DNA of 64,000 nt from an uncultured Candidatus Binatia bacterium (GCA_965213675.1 OZ243916.1:352001-416000); one strand, 5' to 3'. Positions 28,759-40,630 are shown, counted from the first letter of the stretch. Numbers and translations: made by a program. Notes: a model not told the origin generated them from the sequence alone.

Positions 28759-30294
28759 TCAGCTCAAGGGCACAGCCTGTCCCGCTTCGACCCAGAGGCT
28801 CTCGAACACCCAAAGGCCGACCAAGGCCATCAGCGCGGCCACCGGATGCAGAAACCACGAAGCCTCGGTCTGCGCCCCGGCCCACAGCAGGAACACCACG
28901 GGCAGCAGGACGCCCACGGCCATGAACAGCCCCCAGAACTTCTCCCGCAAGGCGCCGCGGGTCATCAACTCGGTGGCGCGGCGCATGTCCTCGCTGATGG
29001 GCGTGAGCCCGATCTCGCCCAGCACCATGCCCCCGGTGACGATCAACGAAACCATGAGCGTAGTGCCCAGGGTCGCCATGAGCGCGCCGTCGAGCCCGGT
29101 CACCAAGCCCACCAGCATCAAAGTCGCGGCGCCCGCGCTGACCGCCTGCACGAGCAGGTGCCAGAAGAAGAGCGGACTCTGCCACAGGTCTCGTCCCTTG
29201 GCCTGGGCGAAGAGAAACGCGGTATAGCCCGCGGCGCCGATGGCGAAAACCGTGCACGCCGCGGCGACCCAACCGGGCACCTGTCCCCCGCCGATGCCGT
29301 AGGCGAGCCACACGAGGCTGACCAGGGAATAGGCCATGAGGATGTAACCGCCGAGCACGAGCCATGAACGCAGATTCGGTTTGGTGAGCAGGTAATAGAA
29401 TCGGTCGGGCCGCTTCAGGTCGAACACGAGCAGGCCGGTCGTAATGCCGGTGAAGATCAGCGCCAGCACCGGCCCCACGACGTTCAGCAGCGGTCCGTCC
29501 TGGAGCTGTCCCAACACCATCAGCAGCGCCGCCACCATCAGCACACCCGCGCCGATGGACTTGGTCCAGAGATAAGCCGCGATCTTCGAGCCCCAGGGCC
29601 GGGGATGCGGCACGTCGTAGACCTCCCGCGCGCCGCCGGGAATCGGGCTGCCGTGCCGGGAGGACGACAGGGCGTAGAGGTCCTCGCCGGGGTATTTGTC
29701 AGCCCAGAAGTGAGTGTCGGCGGTCTCGGTCATGGTGGGCTGCAGCGCATCCTCCTCCACCCCCACGTAGAACAGCTTGGGGTGGGTGCCCTTGTGGGGC
29801 TTGCGCAGCGACACCTTGCGCGTGGCCACCGTGCGGGAGATGCGGCTTTCCGGATCGTCGAGGTCCCCCGACATGATCGCCTGGGTGGGGCACACCACCT
29901 CGCACGCGGGTTGAAGCCCCAACTCCACCCGGTGCGCGCAGAAGTTGCACTTGGCCGCGGTGTTGTGGTCGGGGTCGATGTACAGCGCGTCGTAGGGGCA
30001 CGCCTGCATGCACGACTTGCAGCCGATGCAGCGGTCGCTGTCGAAGTCCACGATGCCGTTGGGGCTCCGGTAGAGCGCCACCGTGGGACAGATCTCCACG
30101 CATGGCGCGTCGTCGCAGTGATTGCACCGCAGCACCGCGAAGTGGCGGCTCGTGGCCGGGAACGCCCCTTTCTCGATGTACTTGACCCAGGTGCGGTTCA
30201 CCCCCACTGGCACGTCGTGCTCGTCCTTGCACGCCACGGTGCACGCGTGGCAGCCGATGCAACGATCCTGGTCGATGACGAATCCGTAACGCAT
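28759..30294 (-). CDS. 4Fe-4S dicluster protein fused to an NrfD/PsrC-like membrane anchor
   Basis: CIGCHACTVAC, CNHCDDAPC, CIGCKSCMQACP and CNFC motifs, then PWG..IAAYLW, DLKRPDRF and ~8 TM helices. Confidence 0.9.
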   Translation of the reverse strand: MRYGFVIDQDRCIGCHACTVACKDEHDVPVGVNRTWVKYIEKGAFPATSRHFAVLRCNHCDDAPCVEICPTVALYRSPNGIVDFDSDRCIGCKSCMQACPYDALYIDPDHNTAAKCNFCAHRVELGLQPACEVVCPTQAIMSGDLDDPESRISRTVATRKVSLRKPHKGTHPKLFYVGVEEDALQPTMTETADTHFWADKYPGEDLYALSSSRHGSPIPGGAREVYDVPHPRPWGSKIAAYLWTKSIGAGVLMVAALLMVLGQLQDGPLLNVVGPVLALIFTGITTGLLVFDLKRPDRFYYLLTKPNLRSWLVLGGYILMAYSLVSLVWLAYGIGGGQVPGWVAAACTVFAIGAAGYTAFLFAQAKGRDLWQSPLFFWHLLVQAVSAGAATLMLVGLVTGLDGALMATLGTTLMVSLIVTGGMVLGEIGLTPISEDMRRATELMTRGALREKFWGLFMAVGVLLPVVFLLWAGAQTEASWFLHPVAALMALVGLWVFESLWVEAGQAVPLS

Positions 30295-30742
30295 GAAGTT
30301 CCTCCAAGCCCGCTGTATATCCGCCGGGAGTTGGGGCCGTCAAACCGGGCGGGGGAATAGTCGGGACTGGGCGCGCCGGCGCCGTGCTGTATGAGCGGAC
30401 GAGGTCCTTGAGGCTGACTGTGCCGTGGAAGTATGAGCGGGTCCTGCTCGTAACCCTTCGCTACGGGTGGCTCCGAGTGGCGTTGCCGCGCAAATCGCCG
30501 AGCTTGTGCAGACACCGCGATTCAACGCGGACACGGTAGTTGATGGGCACACGGATCGTCCCAAGCGTATGGTTGCGTTGCGGTACGCCAATGGAGTACC
30601 AACGTTTTCCGCACCGCTGCCAAGGCGCGGCGCGTTTATGTCGCGCTCATCGCCCTCGGGGGTCAGGACTGGATGACAGAGAGCGTCGCCAGACGAGAAT
30701 TCAAGTGATGTGCGCATCCGTAGTGAGGGTGAGGTTCAGGTG

Positions 30743-31678
30743 ATGCCCGCCGCAGGAAATGCCGCCATGCCCAAGCTCCGCAGCCTTCGAGACGCCATCG
30801 CCGGCGAGGTGGAGGATGGCATGTCCGTCTTCATGGGCGCGGCGCTGGAATCGCTTGTTCCCTTTGCCGCGGGTTACGAGATCATGCGGCAGCGCAAGCG
30901 CGGGTTGACGCTCATGACCACCATCTCCGACATGCAGTTCGACCAGATCATCGGCGCGGGGTGTGTGGACAAGGTGTGCGGGGCGTGGGTCGGCAACGTG
31001 GCGGCGGGGCTGGGGCACAACTACCGGCGCGCGGTGGAGCGGGGGGAGCCGGGACCGCTGGCGGTGGAGAACCATTCCAACTTCTCCATGGCCCTGGGGC
31101 TCAAGGCCGCGGCCATGGGTGTGCCCTATCTGCCCACGCGCACGCTCATGGGCACGGACTTCCGGGACGAGGCGTCGTTCGCCGCCGTGGCCTGTCCCTT
31201 CACCGGGGAGCGTTTGCTGGCGGTACGGGCGGTGAAGCCCGACGTCGCCATCCTGCACGTGCAGCGGGCCGACGAGGAGGGCAACGCGCATGTGTGGGGC
31301 AACCTCGGCGTCACCCAGGACGCGGCCATGGCGGCTGGCAAGGTGATTCTCACGTGCGAGGAGATCGTGCCCCACGACGTGATCCTGAGCGACCCCAACC
31401 GCACGTTGATTCCCGGCTTCCTGGTGGCGGCGTTGGCCTGCGTGCCGCTGGGCTCCCACCCGTCGCCAACCCAAGGCTACAGCCGGCGGGACGACGACTT
31501 CTACTTCGACTACCACGCGCAGTCACGGAACCGGGAGGGTTTCGACCAGTGGCTGGAACGTTGGGTGGTGGGGGTGGGCGGGCACGATGGTTACCTGGAT
31601 CGCCTTGGGAGCGAGCGGGCGGCGCGCCTCAAGCCCGGGCGGGACGCCATGGCGGCGCCGGTGAGCTATGGATATTAG
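30743..31678 (+). CDS. Family I CoA-transferase subunit A (glutaconate CoA-transferase-like)
   Basis: PFAAGYEIMRQ, AAAMGVPYLP, CPFTGE, PDVAILHVQRADEEGN, GSHPS; start 30743 or 30767. Confidence 0.88.
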   Translation: MPAAGNAAMPKLRSLRDAIAGEVEDGMSVFMGAALESLVPFAAGYEIMRQRKRGLTLMTTISDMQFDQIIGAGCVDKVCGAWVGNVAAGLGHNYRRAVERGEPGPLAVENHSNFSMALGLKAAAMGVPYLPTRTLMGTDFRDEASFAAVACPFTGERLLAVRAVKPDVAILHVQRADEEGNAHVWGNLGVTQDAAMAAGKVILTCEEIVPHDVILSDPNRTLIPGFLVAALACVPLGSHPSPTQGYSRRDDDFYFDYHAQSRNREGFDQWLERWVVGVGGHDGYLDRLGSERAARLKPGRDAMAAPVSYGY

Positions 31679-31972
31679 GGAGAGTCCCATCAATTGAGAT
31701 GGCGCCCTCCGACAGGGTCACGACACCAGGAGTCCGGCCGAGTAGGCGGGACTCTACCGCGAGGTATGGAATGGTCCGTGCAAGGGCGACCGGCGGTGGC
31801 CCCTACAAGCGGGTGGAACGAAGTCGAAGGGCGCCAAATCGGCTGCGGCCATTGAATCGCAACGCCTGGGATGCTACCGGAGTGGGACGGCGGCGGTGGG
31901 AGCATCGTGACCCCTTCTTGCACTGGATCGAGTCCGGGGTGGCGCCCACGGATCACGTCCGGCTTGACCAAG

Positions 31973-32728
31973 ATGACTTACACGCGGCGAGAACTCATGG
32001 TGATTGCGGCGGCGCGGGAGATTCGCGATGGCGAGCGGGTCTTCGTGGGCATGCGGCTGCCGTTGCTGGGTTTTGCCGTGGCCAAGGAGCTGCACGCGCC
32101 CCGCGCCATCGGTATTTTCGAGAGCGGGGTGGTGCGTGACTGGCCGGCGCTGGAGCCGATCTTCACCATGAGCGATCCGCCCAACGTGGCCGGGGCGCTC
32201 TATTGCTGCGGGCTCATCGAGGTCATGAGCCTCCTTCAGAGCGGGCGCGTGGACATGGGTTTCATCGGCGGCGCGGAGGTGGACCGCCACGGCAATCTCA
32301 ACACCCATTGGGTGGGCGACGACGGCAAGCGCGTGCGCCTGCCGGGCAGCGGCGGGGCCGCGGACATCGCCACTCTGGCGCGTCGCTGCGTCATCATCAT
32401 GAACCACGAACGGCGGCGTTTCGTGCCCCGGGTGCAGTTCATCACCTCGCCCGGCTTTGGCGACGGGGCCGGCTGGCGCGACGCGCGCGGCCTTGCGGGC
32501 GGCGGACCGAGCCGCACCATCACCAGCATGGGCATCTTTTCCTTCGATCCGGCCACGCGGGAGATGCAGGTGGAGTCGTACCACCCCGGCGTCACGGTGC
32601 AGGAGATCCTGGACGAGACGGACTGGCCGCTCCAGGCGCCGCCCGGCGTCGTGCGGACGCCGGAGCCGTCGCGCGAAGAGCTTCAGGCGGTAAGGAAGTA
32701 CGATCCGGAGGGGGTGTGGACGTCCTGA
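31973..32728 (+). CDS. Family I CoA-transferase subunit B
   Basis: FESG catalytic Glu, GGAEVDRHGNLN, RLPGSGGA, FITSPG. Confidence 0.9.
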   Translation: MTYTRRELMVIAAAREIRDGERVFVGMRLPLLGFAVAKELHAPRAIGIFESGVVRDWPALEPIFTMSDPPNVAGALYCCGLIEVMSLLQSGRVDMGFIGGAEVDRHGNLNTHWVGDDGKRVRLPGSGGAADIATLARRCVIIMNHERRRFVPRVQFITSPGFGDGAGWRDARGLAGGGPSRTITSMGIFSFDPATREMQVESYHPGVTVQEILDETDWPLQAPPGVVRTPEPSREELQAVRKYDPEGVWTS

Positions 32729-32757
32729 CCGGCCGTCCGCCCCGTGGATGAAGTTTG

Positions 32758-35052
32758 ATGCTCGTCGCTGTCCTCTCCGGTTTCGTCCTGGCCCTGCTGG
32801 CGCCTTCGCTGTGCCGCCTGAACCTGCGCTGGGCGGGCGCCCTGTTCTCGCTTTTTCCGGCGGCGCTGGCGCTCTGGTTTGTGAGCCACCTGGACGCGGT
32901 GGCGGCCGGGGAGGCGGTGCGCGTCAGCTATCTCTGGCTGCCCGCCCTGGGTCTCCAACTGTCCTTCAACCTGGACGGCCTGGGGCTTCTGTTTGCCCTG
33001 GCCATCACGGTGGTGGGGACGCTGATCATCACTTACGCCGGCAGCTACCTCCACGGCCATCCGTCGCTGCCCCGCTTCTATCTGTTCATTCTCATGTTCA
33101 TGGCGTCCATGCTGGGCGTCGTGCTGTCGGACAATCTGCTGGCGTTGTTCATCTTCTGGGAGCTGACCAGCATCACCTCGTACTTCCTCATCGGCTTCGA
33201 GCACCAAAAGGACACGGCGCGGGCGGCGGCATTGCAGGCGCTGCTGGTGACGGGCAGCGGCGGCCTGGCGCTCATGGGCGGCGTGCTGCTCATGGGGCAG
33301 ATCGGCGGCAGCTTCGAGATCTCGGTGCTGGCGGCGGACAGCGCCGCGCTGCAGGGCCACCGGCTGTATCCGCTGGCGCTGGCGCTGGTGCTGGCCGGGG
33401 CGTTCACCAAGTCGGCGCAGGTGCCGTTTCATTTCTGGCTGCCGTCGGCCATGGAGGCGCCCACGCCGGTGAGCGCGTACCTTCACTCCGCCACCATGGT
33501 CAAGGCGGGCGTCTACCTGCTGGCGCGCCTGAGCCCGGTGCTGGGCGGCAGCGACATCTGGCTCTACGTGGTCACGGGCTTCGGCGCCGCCACCATGCTG
33601 GCGAGCGCGTATCAGGCCCTTTATCAGACCGACCTCAAGAAGATCCTGGCCTACTCCACCGTGAGCGTACTGGGTACTCTCACCATGCTCATCGGTCTGG
33701 GCGACAAACTCGCCATCAAGGCGGCCATGGTGTTCCTCATGGCCCACGTGCTCTACAAAGCCGCGCTCTTCATGGTGGCCGGCTCCATTGACCATGAAAC
33801 CGGCACCCGCGACATCCGCCACCTGGGCGGTCTGCGCAAGACCATGCCCATCATCGGCGCTGGGGCCGCGGTGGGCGCGCTGTCCATGGCCGGGCTGCCG
33901 CCTTTCTTCGGGTTCATCGGCAAGGAGACCCTCTACGAGGCGGTGACCCACGGCAACCTTCTGGTGACAGTGGTGGCCGTGCTCACCAGCATGTTGCTGT
34001 TCGCGGTGGCGTGGCTGGCGGGGATACGCCCGTTTGCGGGCGAAGAGACGCATACGCCGAAGCATCCCCACGACCCGCCCTGGAGCATGTGCCTGGGGCC
34101 GGTGTTCCTGGGCTGCCTGAGCGTGCTCTTCGGCCTCGTGCCGGTGCTGCCCGAATCGCTTCTGTCCGCGGCCGCAAGTGCCGTGCTGGCCGAGGAGGCG
34201 CACATGCACCTGGCCTTGTGGCACGGCTTCAACGCGCTGCTGGCGCTGAGCCTCGCGACCTTCGGTCTGGGCGTGCTGGTCTATTGGAAACTGGACGCCA
34301 TCAAGCGGGTCACGGCGTTCGCGCTGCCCGCGGCGCGCCGCGGACCCTCCCACGGTTACGCCTTGTGGCTCCGATTCCTGACCTGGTCGGCGGTGGGCCA
34401 GACCCGGATCCTGCAGAACGGCTACCTCCGGCTCTACCTGGCCACCATCATGACGGTGACCGCGGCGTTGGTTTGGTACACGTTCTTCGCGCAGGCGGAC
34501 GCGGTGGCGGTGACCCTGGACTGGGGCGACATCGGCGTGCACGAGTGGGTGGTGGGGCTGATGGCGCTGGTGGGCGCCATCGCCACGGTGCGGGCGCAGA
34601 CGTTCCTGCGCGCGGTCATGGCCCTGGGGGTGGTGGGTTACAGCGTGGCGCTGATCTTCGTGCTCTACGGCGCCCCCGACCTCGCCATGACCCAGTTCCT
34701 CATCGAGACCCTGTCGCTGATCCTGTTCGTGTTCGTGTTCTACTACATGCCGCCGTTCAAGCGTTTCTCCACCCGCTCGGTGATCTTGCGGCACGCGGCC
34801 ATCGCCAGCGTGGTGGGCGCGTTCTTCACGCTGCTGGTGCTGGTGGCCACGTCGGTGCAGTGGCATCCGACCATCTCCACCTACTTCTCGGAGAACTCGT
34901 ACCTGTTGGGGCAGGGACGGAACATCGTCAACGTGATCCTGGTGGACTTCCGGGGCTTTGACACGCTGGGCGAGATCACTGTGCTGGGAGTGGCGGGCAT
35001 CGGCGTGTTCTCGCTCATCCGGTTGCGCCTCGGCAGGGGGAGGGGGACGTGA
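32758..35052 (+). CDS. mrpA: Mrp Na+/H+ antiporter subunit A
   Basis: [55 protein letters not shown]. Confidence 0.96.
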   Translation: MLVAVLSGFVLALLAPSLCRLNLRWAGALFSLFPAALALWFVSHLDAVAAGEAVRVSYLWLPALGLQLSFNLDGLGLLFALAITVVGTLIITYAGSYLHGHPSLPRFYLFILMFMASMLGVVLSDNLLALFIFWELTSITSYFLIGFEHQKDTARAAALQALLVTGSGGLALMGGVLLMGQIGGSFEISVLAADSAALQGHRLYPLALALVLAGAFTKSAQVPFHFWLPSAMEAPTPVSAYLHSATMVKAGVYLLARLSPVLGGSDIWLYVVTGFGAATMLASAYQALYQTDLKKILAYSTVSVLGTLTMLIGLGDKLAIKAAMVFLMAHVLYKAALFMVAGSIDHETGTRDIRHLGGLRKTMPIIGAGAAVGALSMAGLPPFFGFIGKETLYEAVTHGNLLVTVVAVLTSMLLFAVAWLAGIRPFAGEETHTPKHPHDPPWSMCLGPVFLGCLSVLFGLVPVLPESLLSAAASAVLAEEAHMHLALWHGFNALLALSLATFGLGVLVYWKLDAIKRVTAFALPAARRGPSHGYALWLRFLTWSAVGQTRILQNGYLRLYLATIMTVTAALVWYTFFAQADAVAVTLDWGDIGVHEWVVGLMALVGAIATVRAQTFLRAVMALGVVGYSVALIFVLYGAPDLAMTQFLIETLSLILFVFVFYYMPPFKRFSTRSVILRHAAIASVVGAFFTLLVLVATSVQWHPTISTYFSENSYLLGQGRNIVNVILVDFRGFDTLGEITVLGVAGIGVFSLIRLRLGRGRGT

Positions 35053-35474
35053 ACTCGCTGATTCTCAGGACGGCCAGCCGGTTTCTGCTGATCCTGCTGT
35101 TTCAGTTCTCGGTGTTTCTGCTGCTGCGGGGACACAACGATCCCGGCGGCGGCTTCGTCGGCGGGCTCGTGCTGGCCGCGGCCCTGACCCTCTACGCCAT
35201 CGCCTACGACGTGCGCTCCATGCGCCGGTTCCTTCCCTGCCACGCGCGCACCATCATCGGCTGGGGCCTGCTGACCGCGGCCCTGAGCGGCGTTTTCCCT
35301 CTATTCAAGGGGCTGCCGTTCATGACCGGCCTGTGGGGTCATTTCCACGTTCTCGGGCTCGACCTCCACCTGGGCACGCCGCTGCTGTTCGACATCGGCG
35401 TCTACCTGACGGTGGTGGGCATCGTCCTGATCGTCATCATCAGCCTGGCCGAGGAAGTGGAGGAGGACGACTGA
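35049..35474 (+). CDS. mrpB: Mrp subunit B
   Basis: [14 protein letters not shown] and FDIGVY motifs; GTGA overlap. Confidence 0.95.
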   Translation: MNSLILRTASRFLLILLFQFSVFLLLRGHNDPGGGFVGGLVLAAALTLYAIAYDVRSMRRFLPCHARTIIGWGLLTAALSGVFPLFKGLPFMTGLWGHFHVLGLDLHLGTPLLFDIGVYLTVVGIVLIVIISLAEEVEEDD

Positions 35475-35818
35475 TGGAAGCCCTCCTCGCCATTGTCATC
35501 GGCGTGCTCTACGGCACGGGCATCTACATGCTCATGCGCCGGAGCATCGTGAAGCTCATCATCGGGCTGGCGCTCATGGCCCACGGCGCGAGTCTGCTGG
35601 TGTTCACCGCCGCCGGCCTCACCCGCGCGGTGCCGCCGGTGATTCCCTATGGGGAGAAGGCCGTCACTGGAGTGGCGGACCCGTTGCCCCAGGCGCTGAT
35701 CCTCACGGCCATCGTCATCAGCTTCGGCGTACAGGCGTTCGCCATGGTGCTGGCCTACCGCGCCTACCAGACCGTGGGCACGGACGACCTCGACGACATG
35801 AAGGCGACGGACACGTGA
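35474..35818 (+). CDS. mrpC: Mrp subunit C
   Basis: [16 protein letters not shown]. Confidence 0.95.
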   Translation: MEALLAIVIGVLYGTGIYMLMRRSIVKLIIGLALMAHGASLLVFTAAGLTRAVPPVIPYGEKAVTGVADPLPQALILTAIVISFGVQAFAMVLAYRAYQTVGTDDLDDMKATDT

Positions 35819-37314
35819 ACGCGCTCATCGTCCTGCCCATTCTGCTGCCGCTGCTGGTGGGGGCGGCCTGTGTGGTGACGTGGCGCTACGTGGCCGCCCA
35901 GCGCGTTCTCACCCTGGCGGGCAGCATCGTCTACCTGGCGGTGGCCGTGGTCCTGCTGGAGCGGGTGGCCAGCGAGGGCATTCAGGCGGTGCAGAAGGGC
36001 GGCTGGATCGCGCCCTTCGGCATCACCCTGGTGGCCGACATGTTCAGCGCCGTCATGGTGGCCACCACCGGCGTGGTGACCCTGGTCATCGTCGTCTACT
36101 CCCTGGGCGCCATGGACCGGCGCCGGGAAACCTACGGCTACTATCCGCTGTTCAACATCCTCATCATGGGCGTGTCCGGCGCGTTTCTCACCGGCGACAT
36201 CTTCAACCTGTTCGTATGGTTCGAAGTGCTGCTGATCTCGTCCTTCGTGCTGCTGGCGCTGGGCGGCGAGCGCGCGCAACTGGAGGGCGCCATCAAGTAC
36301 GTCACACTGAACCTGGTGGCGTCGGCGTTCTTCCTGGCCGCGGTGGGGATTCTCTACGCCATGGCCGGCTCCCTCAACATGGCGGACCTGTCGCAGCGGC
36401 TCGGGAACGTGGCGCAACCGGGCCTGGTGACCACCCTCGCCATGCTGTTCCTGGTGTCCTTCGGCATCAAGGGGGCGATCTTTCCGTTGTTCTTCTGGTT
36501 GCCGGCGTCCTACCACACGCCGCCGGTGGCGGTCTCGGCCATCTTCGGCGGACTGCTCACCAAGGTTGGCGTCTATGCCCTGATCCGGGTATTCACGCTG
36601 CTGTTCCTCAACAACGTCGATTACACTCATACGATCATCCTGTGGGTGGGCGCCATCACCATGGTGACGGGCGTGCTCGGCGCCGTGGCCCAGTACGAGT
36701 TCCGGCGGCTCCTGTCCTTCCACATCGTGAGCCAGATCGGCTACATGGTCATGGGCCTGGGCTTCTTCACGCCGCTGGCGCTGGCGGGCACGGTGTTCTT
36801 CATCGTCCACAACATCTTCGTCAAGACCAATCTGTTTCTGGTGAGCGGCTACGCCCACCGGTTGCACGGCACCTACGATCTCAAGAAGCTGGGCGGTCTC
36901 TACCGCGCGCATCCGTGGCTGAGCCTGTTGTTCCTGCTGTCGGCGCTGTCGCTGGCCGGAGTGCCGCCTTTGTCCGGCTTCTTCGGCAAGCTGATGCTGG
37001 TGAAGGCCGGGCTCGACATCGAGCAGTTCGTGGTGGTGGCCGCGGCCTTGGGCGTGAGCCTGCTGACGCTCTTCTCCATGACCAAGATCTGGGCCGAGGC
37101 ATTCTGGAAGCCCTTGCCGGAGGGGACCCCGTCGGGTCCCGCGGGCGCCGGCAAGGGACCCATGCTCGGCGCCATCGTCACCCTCGCCGTGCTGGCGGTG
37201 GTGATGGGCGTGGCCGCGGGACCGCTCTTCACGCTGGCGCAGGAGGCGGGCGAACAGTTGATGAACCCGGCGCCCTACATCGAGGCGGTGCTGCGGGTGA
37301 GGGGAGGGTCATGA
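35815..37314 (+). CDS. mrpD: Mrp subunit D
   Basis: [36 protein letters not shown]. Confidence 0.95.
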   Translation: MNALIVLPILLPLLVGAACVVTWRYVAAQRVLTLAGSIVYLAVAVVLLERVASEGIQAVQKGGWIAPFGITLVADMFSAVMVATTGVVTLVIVVYSLGAMDRRRETYGYYPLFNILIMGVSGAFLTGDIFNLFVWFEVLLISSFVLLALGGERAQLEGAIKYVTLNLVASAFFLAAVGILYAMAGSLNMADLSQRLGNVAQPGLVTTLAMLFLVSFGIKGAIFPLFFWLPASYHTPPVAVSAIFGGLLTKVGVYALIRVFTLLFLNNVDYTHTIILWVGAITMVTGVLGAVAQYEFRRLLSFHIVSQIGYMVMGLGFFTPLALAGTVFFIVHNIFVKTNLFLVSGYAHRLHGTYDLKKLGGLYRAHPWLSLLFLLSALSLAGVPPLSGFFGKLMLVKAGLDIEQFVVVAAALGVSLLTLFSMTKIWAEAFWKPLPEGTPSGPAGAGKGPMLGAIVTLAVLAVVMGVAAGPLFTLAQEAGEQLMNPAPYIEAVLRVRGGS

Positions 37315-37784
37315 CCGTCCTCCTGTGGAACATCATGCTGGCGCTGAGCTGGGCGGCGCTGACCGAAGAGGTGTCGGCGCTCAACCTCGCCATCGGCTTT
37401 GTGCTGGGCTTCCTGATCCTGTACTCGGTGCGCCGGCTGCTGCGGCCGTCCCGGTACTTCGAGAAACTCTGGCAGGGACTGCGGCTCGGCTCGCTGTTCG
37501 CCTGGGAGCTTCTGCTGGCGAACCTGCGCATTGCCTACGAGGTGGTGACGCCGTCCCACAACATGAAGCCCGGCGTGGTGGCGATCCCGCTGGACGTGGA
37601 GACCGACGCGGAGATCACGCTCTTGGCGAACCTCATCACCCTGACCCCCGGCACCCTGAGCCTGGACGTGTCCGACGACCGGCGCGTTCTGTACATTCAC
37701 GCCATGTACGTGGACGACCCCGAGGAGTTGCGCCGGTCCATCAAGGACGGCTTCGAGAAGAGCGTCATGGAGTTGCTGCGATGA
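37311..37784 (+). CDS. mrpE: Mrp subunit E
   Basis: [15 protein letters not shown]. Confidence 0.93.
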   Translation: MTVLLWNIMLALSWAALTEEVSALNLAIGFVLGFLILYSVRRLLRPSRYFEKLWQGLRLGSLFAWELLLANLRIAYEVVTPSHNMKPGVVAIPLDVETDAEITLLANLITLTPGTLSLDVSDDRRVLYIHAMYVDDPEELRRSIKDGFEKSVMELLR

Positions 37785-38050
37785 CCACCCTGGCCTTCGT
37801 CCTGCTGGGCGTGCTGAGCCTCGGCATCGTGCTGGCGTTCGTGCGCCTGCTGCGCGGTCCCAACATCCCCGACCGGCTGGTGGCGCTGGACCTTTTGACC
37901 ACCGTGGGCGTGGGTATTGCCGCGCTCTATTCCATCGCCTACGACGAGCCCGTCTACCTGGACGTGGCCATCGTGCTGGCGCTGGTGGCCTTCCTGGGCA
38001 CGGTCACGTTCTCCCGCTACATCGAGAAATGGGCACACCATGGTGACTGA
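37781..38050 (+). CDS. mrpF: Mrp subunit F
   Basis: GPNIPDRLVALD. Confidence 0.93.
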   Translation: MTTLAFVLLGVLSLGIVLAFVRLLRGPNIPDRLVALDLLTTVGVGIAALYSIAYDEPVYLDVAIVLALVAFLGTVTFSRYIEKWAHHGD

Positions 38051-38387
38051 CATCATCTGCGCCGCGTTCATGATCATCGGCACCGCTTTCATGTTCCTGG
38101 GGTGCCTGGGCATCCTGCGCATGCCGGACCTGCTCACGCGCATGCAGACCGCCACCAAGCCGCCCACCCTGGGCGTCTTCTGCCTGATGGTGTCGGTGGC
38201 CTTCTACTTCCCGGAGATCGGCGTCACGGTCCGGGTGCTGGCCATCACGCTGTTCGTCTTTCTGACCGCGCCCGTGTCCGCGCACATGATCGGCCGCGCC
38301 GGCTACCTGGTGGGCGTCAAATTCTGGAAGGGGACGGTGATGGACGAGTTGAAGGGCAAGTACCGCGGCACGTCCATCGACTCGTGA
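38040..38387 (+). CDS. mrpG: Mrp subunit G
   Basis: RMPDLLTRMQTATK and LTAPVSAH motifs. Confidence 0.93.
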   Translation: MVTDIICAAFMIIGTAFMFLGCLGILRMPDLLTRMQTATKPPTLGVFCLMVSVAFYFPEIGVTVRVLAITLFVFLTAPVSAHMIGRAGYLVGVKFWKGTVMDELKGKYRGTSIDS

Positions 38388-38492
38388 CGGTCCGGGCGCT
38401 CGCGCCATGTTGGACGCGAGCCATGGCATTCGCCGTGGCGCGGCCGGGAAACCCAACGGGGTTGGCCGCGCCCAAGGGGAGTTGCCGCGTGG

Positions 38493-39434
38493 CTACACGC
38501 TGGCGAGCGGGCCGTACTCCAGGATGATATACGCGGCATAGACGCCGAGGCAGAGCGCGCCCGCCCCGCGTCCGAGGCGACCGCGAAAGGCGAGCCACGG
38601 AACCAGCAGGACCGTGGCGCCCAACATCGTCCACACGGCCAGATGCAGCAGGTGCGCGGGAACGTCCAGCGGATGGACCGCGGCCACGAGCCCGCCGATG
38701 GCCAGGAGGTTGAAGATGTTGGCGCCCAGCACGTTGCCCACCGCCACGTCGGAATGGCCGCGGTAGGCCGACACCACCGCGGTGGCAAGCTCGGGCAGCG
38801 AGGTGCCGACGGCCACCACGGTGACGCCGATGACCGCCTCCGACACGCCCAACAGGCGGGCGAGGGCAATGGCGCCTTCCACCAGCAGGTGAGCCCCCAG
38901 GACCACGCAGCCAAGGCCCGCGGCGAGGGTGCCGACGGCCACCCAGACCGGTCGGTCCCCGGCCTCGTCCTCCGTCTCGGCCGCGGGCGGATTGCGCCGC
39001 GCGCGGCGGATGGAAATGACCGTGAAGCCGCCCAGGCAGGCCAGCAGCAGCACGCCGTCCACACGGCTCAGGCTGCCGATCATGCCGAGGGCGATGAACA
39101 GCACGGCCACGCCAATGGCGGCGGCCCCTTCGAAGCGCACCTCCCGCGGGTTCACGACCATGGGGCTGACGCAGGCCGCCGCGCCCAGGATCAGGAGCAG
39201 GTTGCAGATGTTGCTGCCGACGATATTGCCGATGGAGATGCCGGGAGCGCCGCGAACGGCCGCTTCCAGGCTCACCAGCAATTCCGGCATGGTGGTGCAG
39301 TACGCCACCACCGTGAGCCCGACCATGAGCGGCGAGACGCCCAGCCGCCGCGCAAGCCCCACCGCGCCGCGCAACACGAACTCCGCCCCGCCCATGAGCA
39401 GGACGAAGCCACCGGCCAATTCGAGATAAATCAT
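38493..39434 (-). CDS. Calcium/sodium antiporter (CaCA, YrbG-like)
   Basis: Two alpha repeats: TTMPEL...GNIVGSN and GTSLPEL...GNVLGAN. Confidence 0.9.
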   Translation of the reverse strand: MIYLELAGGFVLLMGGAEFVLRGAVGLARRLGVSPLMVGLTVVAYCTTMPELLVSLEAAVRGAPGISIGNIVGSNICNLLLILGAAACVSPMVVNPREVRFEGAAAIGVAVLFIALGMIGSLSRVDGVLLLACLGGFTVISIRRARRNPPAAETEDEAGDRPVWVAVGTLAAGLGCVVLGAHLLVEGAIALARLLGVSEAVIGVTVVAVGTSLPELATAVVSAYRGHSDVAVGNVLGANIFNLLAIGGLVAAVHPLDVPAHLLHLAVWTMLGATVLLVPWLAFRGRLGRGAGALCLGVYAAYIILEYGPLASV

Positions 39435-39604
39435 GGAGATCTTGGGGTCTGGTTCGCGAGGGTTCGAGAGACCGGGCCAGCCCGGAGGTTCCTGTTCAAT
39501 AGTCGGATAACCGGCGCGAGTCAAACCCGACTGTGGACGCGGCGGGCTGGGAGGCGCCCTGTTCGATCTGGTAGCGTCGGCAGTTCACAAGGAGACGGAA
39601 CGAC

Positions 39605-40525
39605 ATGGGAATCGGCATTGGCATCGGTTTTACGGGATGGCCCTTTGGCGCGCCCAACCCCGAGGGGTTCTGGAGCGCGGTGGACCTGGCGGAGAACCTG
39701 GCCATCGACTCGCTATGGCTGAGTGACCGCGTGGTGTCGGAGGCCCTGAGCCTGGAGCCCGTGGTGGCGCTCTCGTGGGTGGCCGCGCGTACCCGCAAGA
39801 TGAAGTTTGGCACCAGCGTCATGGCGCTCCCGCTCCGGAACCCCACGGTGCTGGCCAAGGAGCTGGCCACCCTGGACTTCCTGTCCGGCGGGCGCCTGTT
39901 GCTGGCTGTGGGCCTGGGCCGCGACGACGACACCGAGCTTCAGGCCTGCGGCATCCACCGCGCGGAGCGCGCCGGCCGCACCGAGGAAATGGTGCACCTC
40001 CTGCGCGCCCTCTGGTCGGGCAACAACGTCAGCTTCGAGGGGAAGTACTACCACCTCCAGGACGTCTCCATTCAACCCAGGCCCGCCCAGGCCGAGCCGC
40101 CCATCTGGGTCGGCGGACGGAGCGGCCCCGCCTTCCGCCGCACGGCCCGCCTGGCGGACGGCTGGCTCGCATCCCAGATGGTTCCCGCGGAGGTGGAGAG
40201 CGCCATCGCGCGCATCCGGAAACACGCCGCCGACTACGGCCGCCGCATCGACGACGACCACTTCGGCGTGCTCTTCAACTATTGCTTCGCCAAGGATTCG
40301 GAGGAAGCCGCCCGCATCGCCCACCCCTACGCCCTGCGCAACCGTACCGATGTGGCGTTCACCGAAACCTCCGCCCTGGGCACCGCCGGCGACATCGCCG
40401 CCGCAATCCAGCGCTTCATCGACGCCGGCGCCTCCAAGTTCGTTGCGCGCCCCGCTTGCCCCCCCGAGGCCATTCACGACCAACTGCGCCGCCTCGGCAC
40501 GGAGATCCTCCCGCGGTTCGCGTGA
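39605..40525 (+). CDS. LLM class flavin-dependent oxidoreductase
   Basis: LWLSDR, LAKELATLDFLSGGRL, PPIWVGG, ARLADGW. Confidence 0.92.
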   Translation: MGIGIGIGFTGWPFGAPNPEGFWSAVDLAENLAIDSLWLSDRVVSEALSLEPVVALSWVAARTRKMKFGTSVMALPLRNPTVLAKELATLDFLSGGRLLLAVGLGRDDDTELQACGIHRAERAGRTEEMVHLLRALWSGNNVSFEGKYYHLQDVSIQPRPAQAEPPIWVGGRSGPAFRRTARLADGWLASQMVPAEVESAIARIRKHAADYGRRIDDDHFGVLFNYCFAKDSEEAARIAHPYALRNRTDVAFTETSALGTAGDIAAAIQRFIDAGASKFVARPACPPEAIHDQLRRLGTEILPRFA

Positions 40526-40630
40526 GTGACGAGGAGGACGGGCGTACTTCTCTCTTGCCTTTGGGCGCTGAAGGCGGGGCTGTCAGGTGATTACCGTCTC
40601 AATACAGTCTGAGTGTCACCCAACGGGCCG

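Noticed and set aside
25795-29367. 1190-aa plus-strand ORF and similar long antisense ORFs (5915-8020, 32683-34866, 42966-44930, 58581-61475)
   Set aside because: Shadow frames opposite well-supported genes; expected in high-GC DNA and lacking recognisable motifs.
30295-30740. Long leader upstream of the molybdoenzyme operon as a Moco riboswitch or small ORF
   Set aside because: No conserved riboswitch motif or convincing ORF could be recognised by eye; an Rfam/Infernal scan would settle it.
32758-39434. Mrp operon and convergent Ca/Na antiporter as a novelty
   Set aside because: Canonical group 1 mrpABCDEFG order and motifs; ordinary ion homeostasis.
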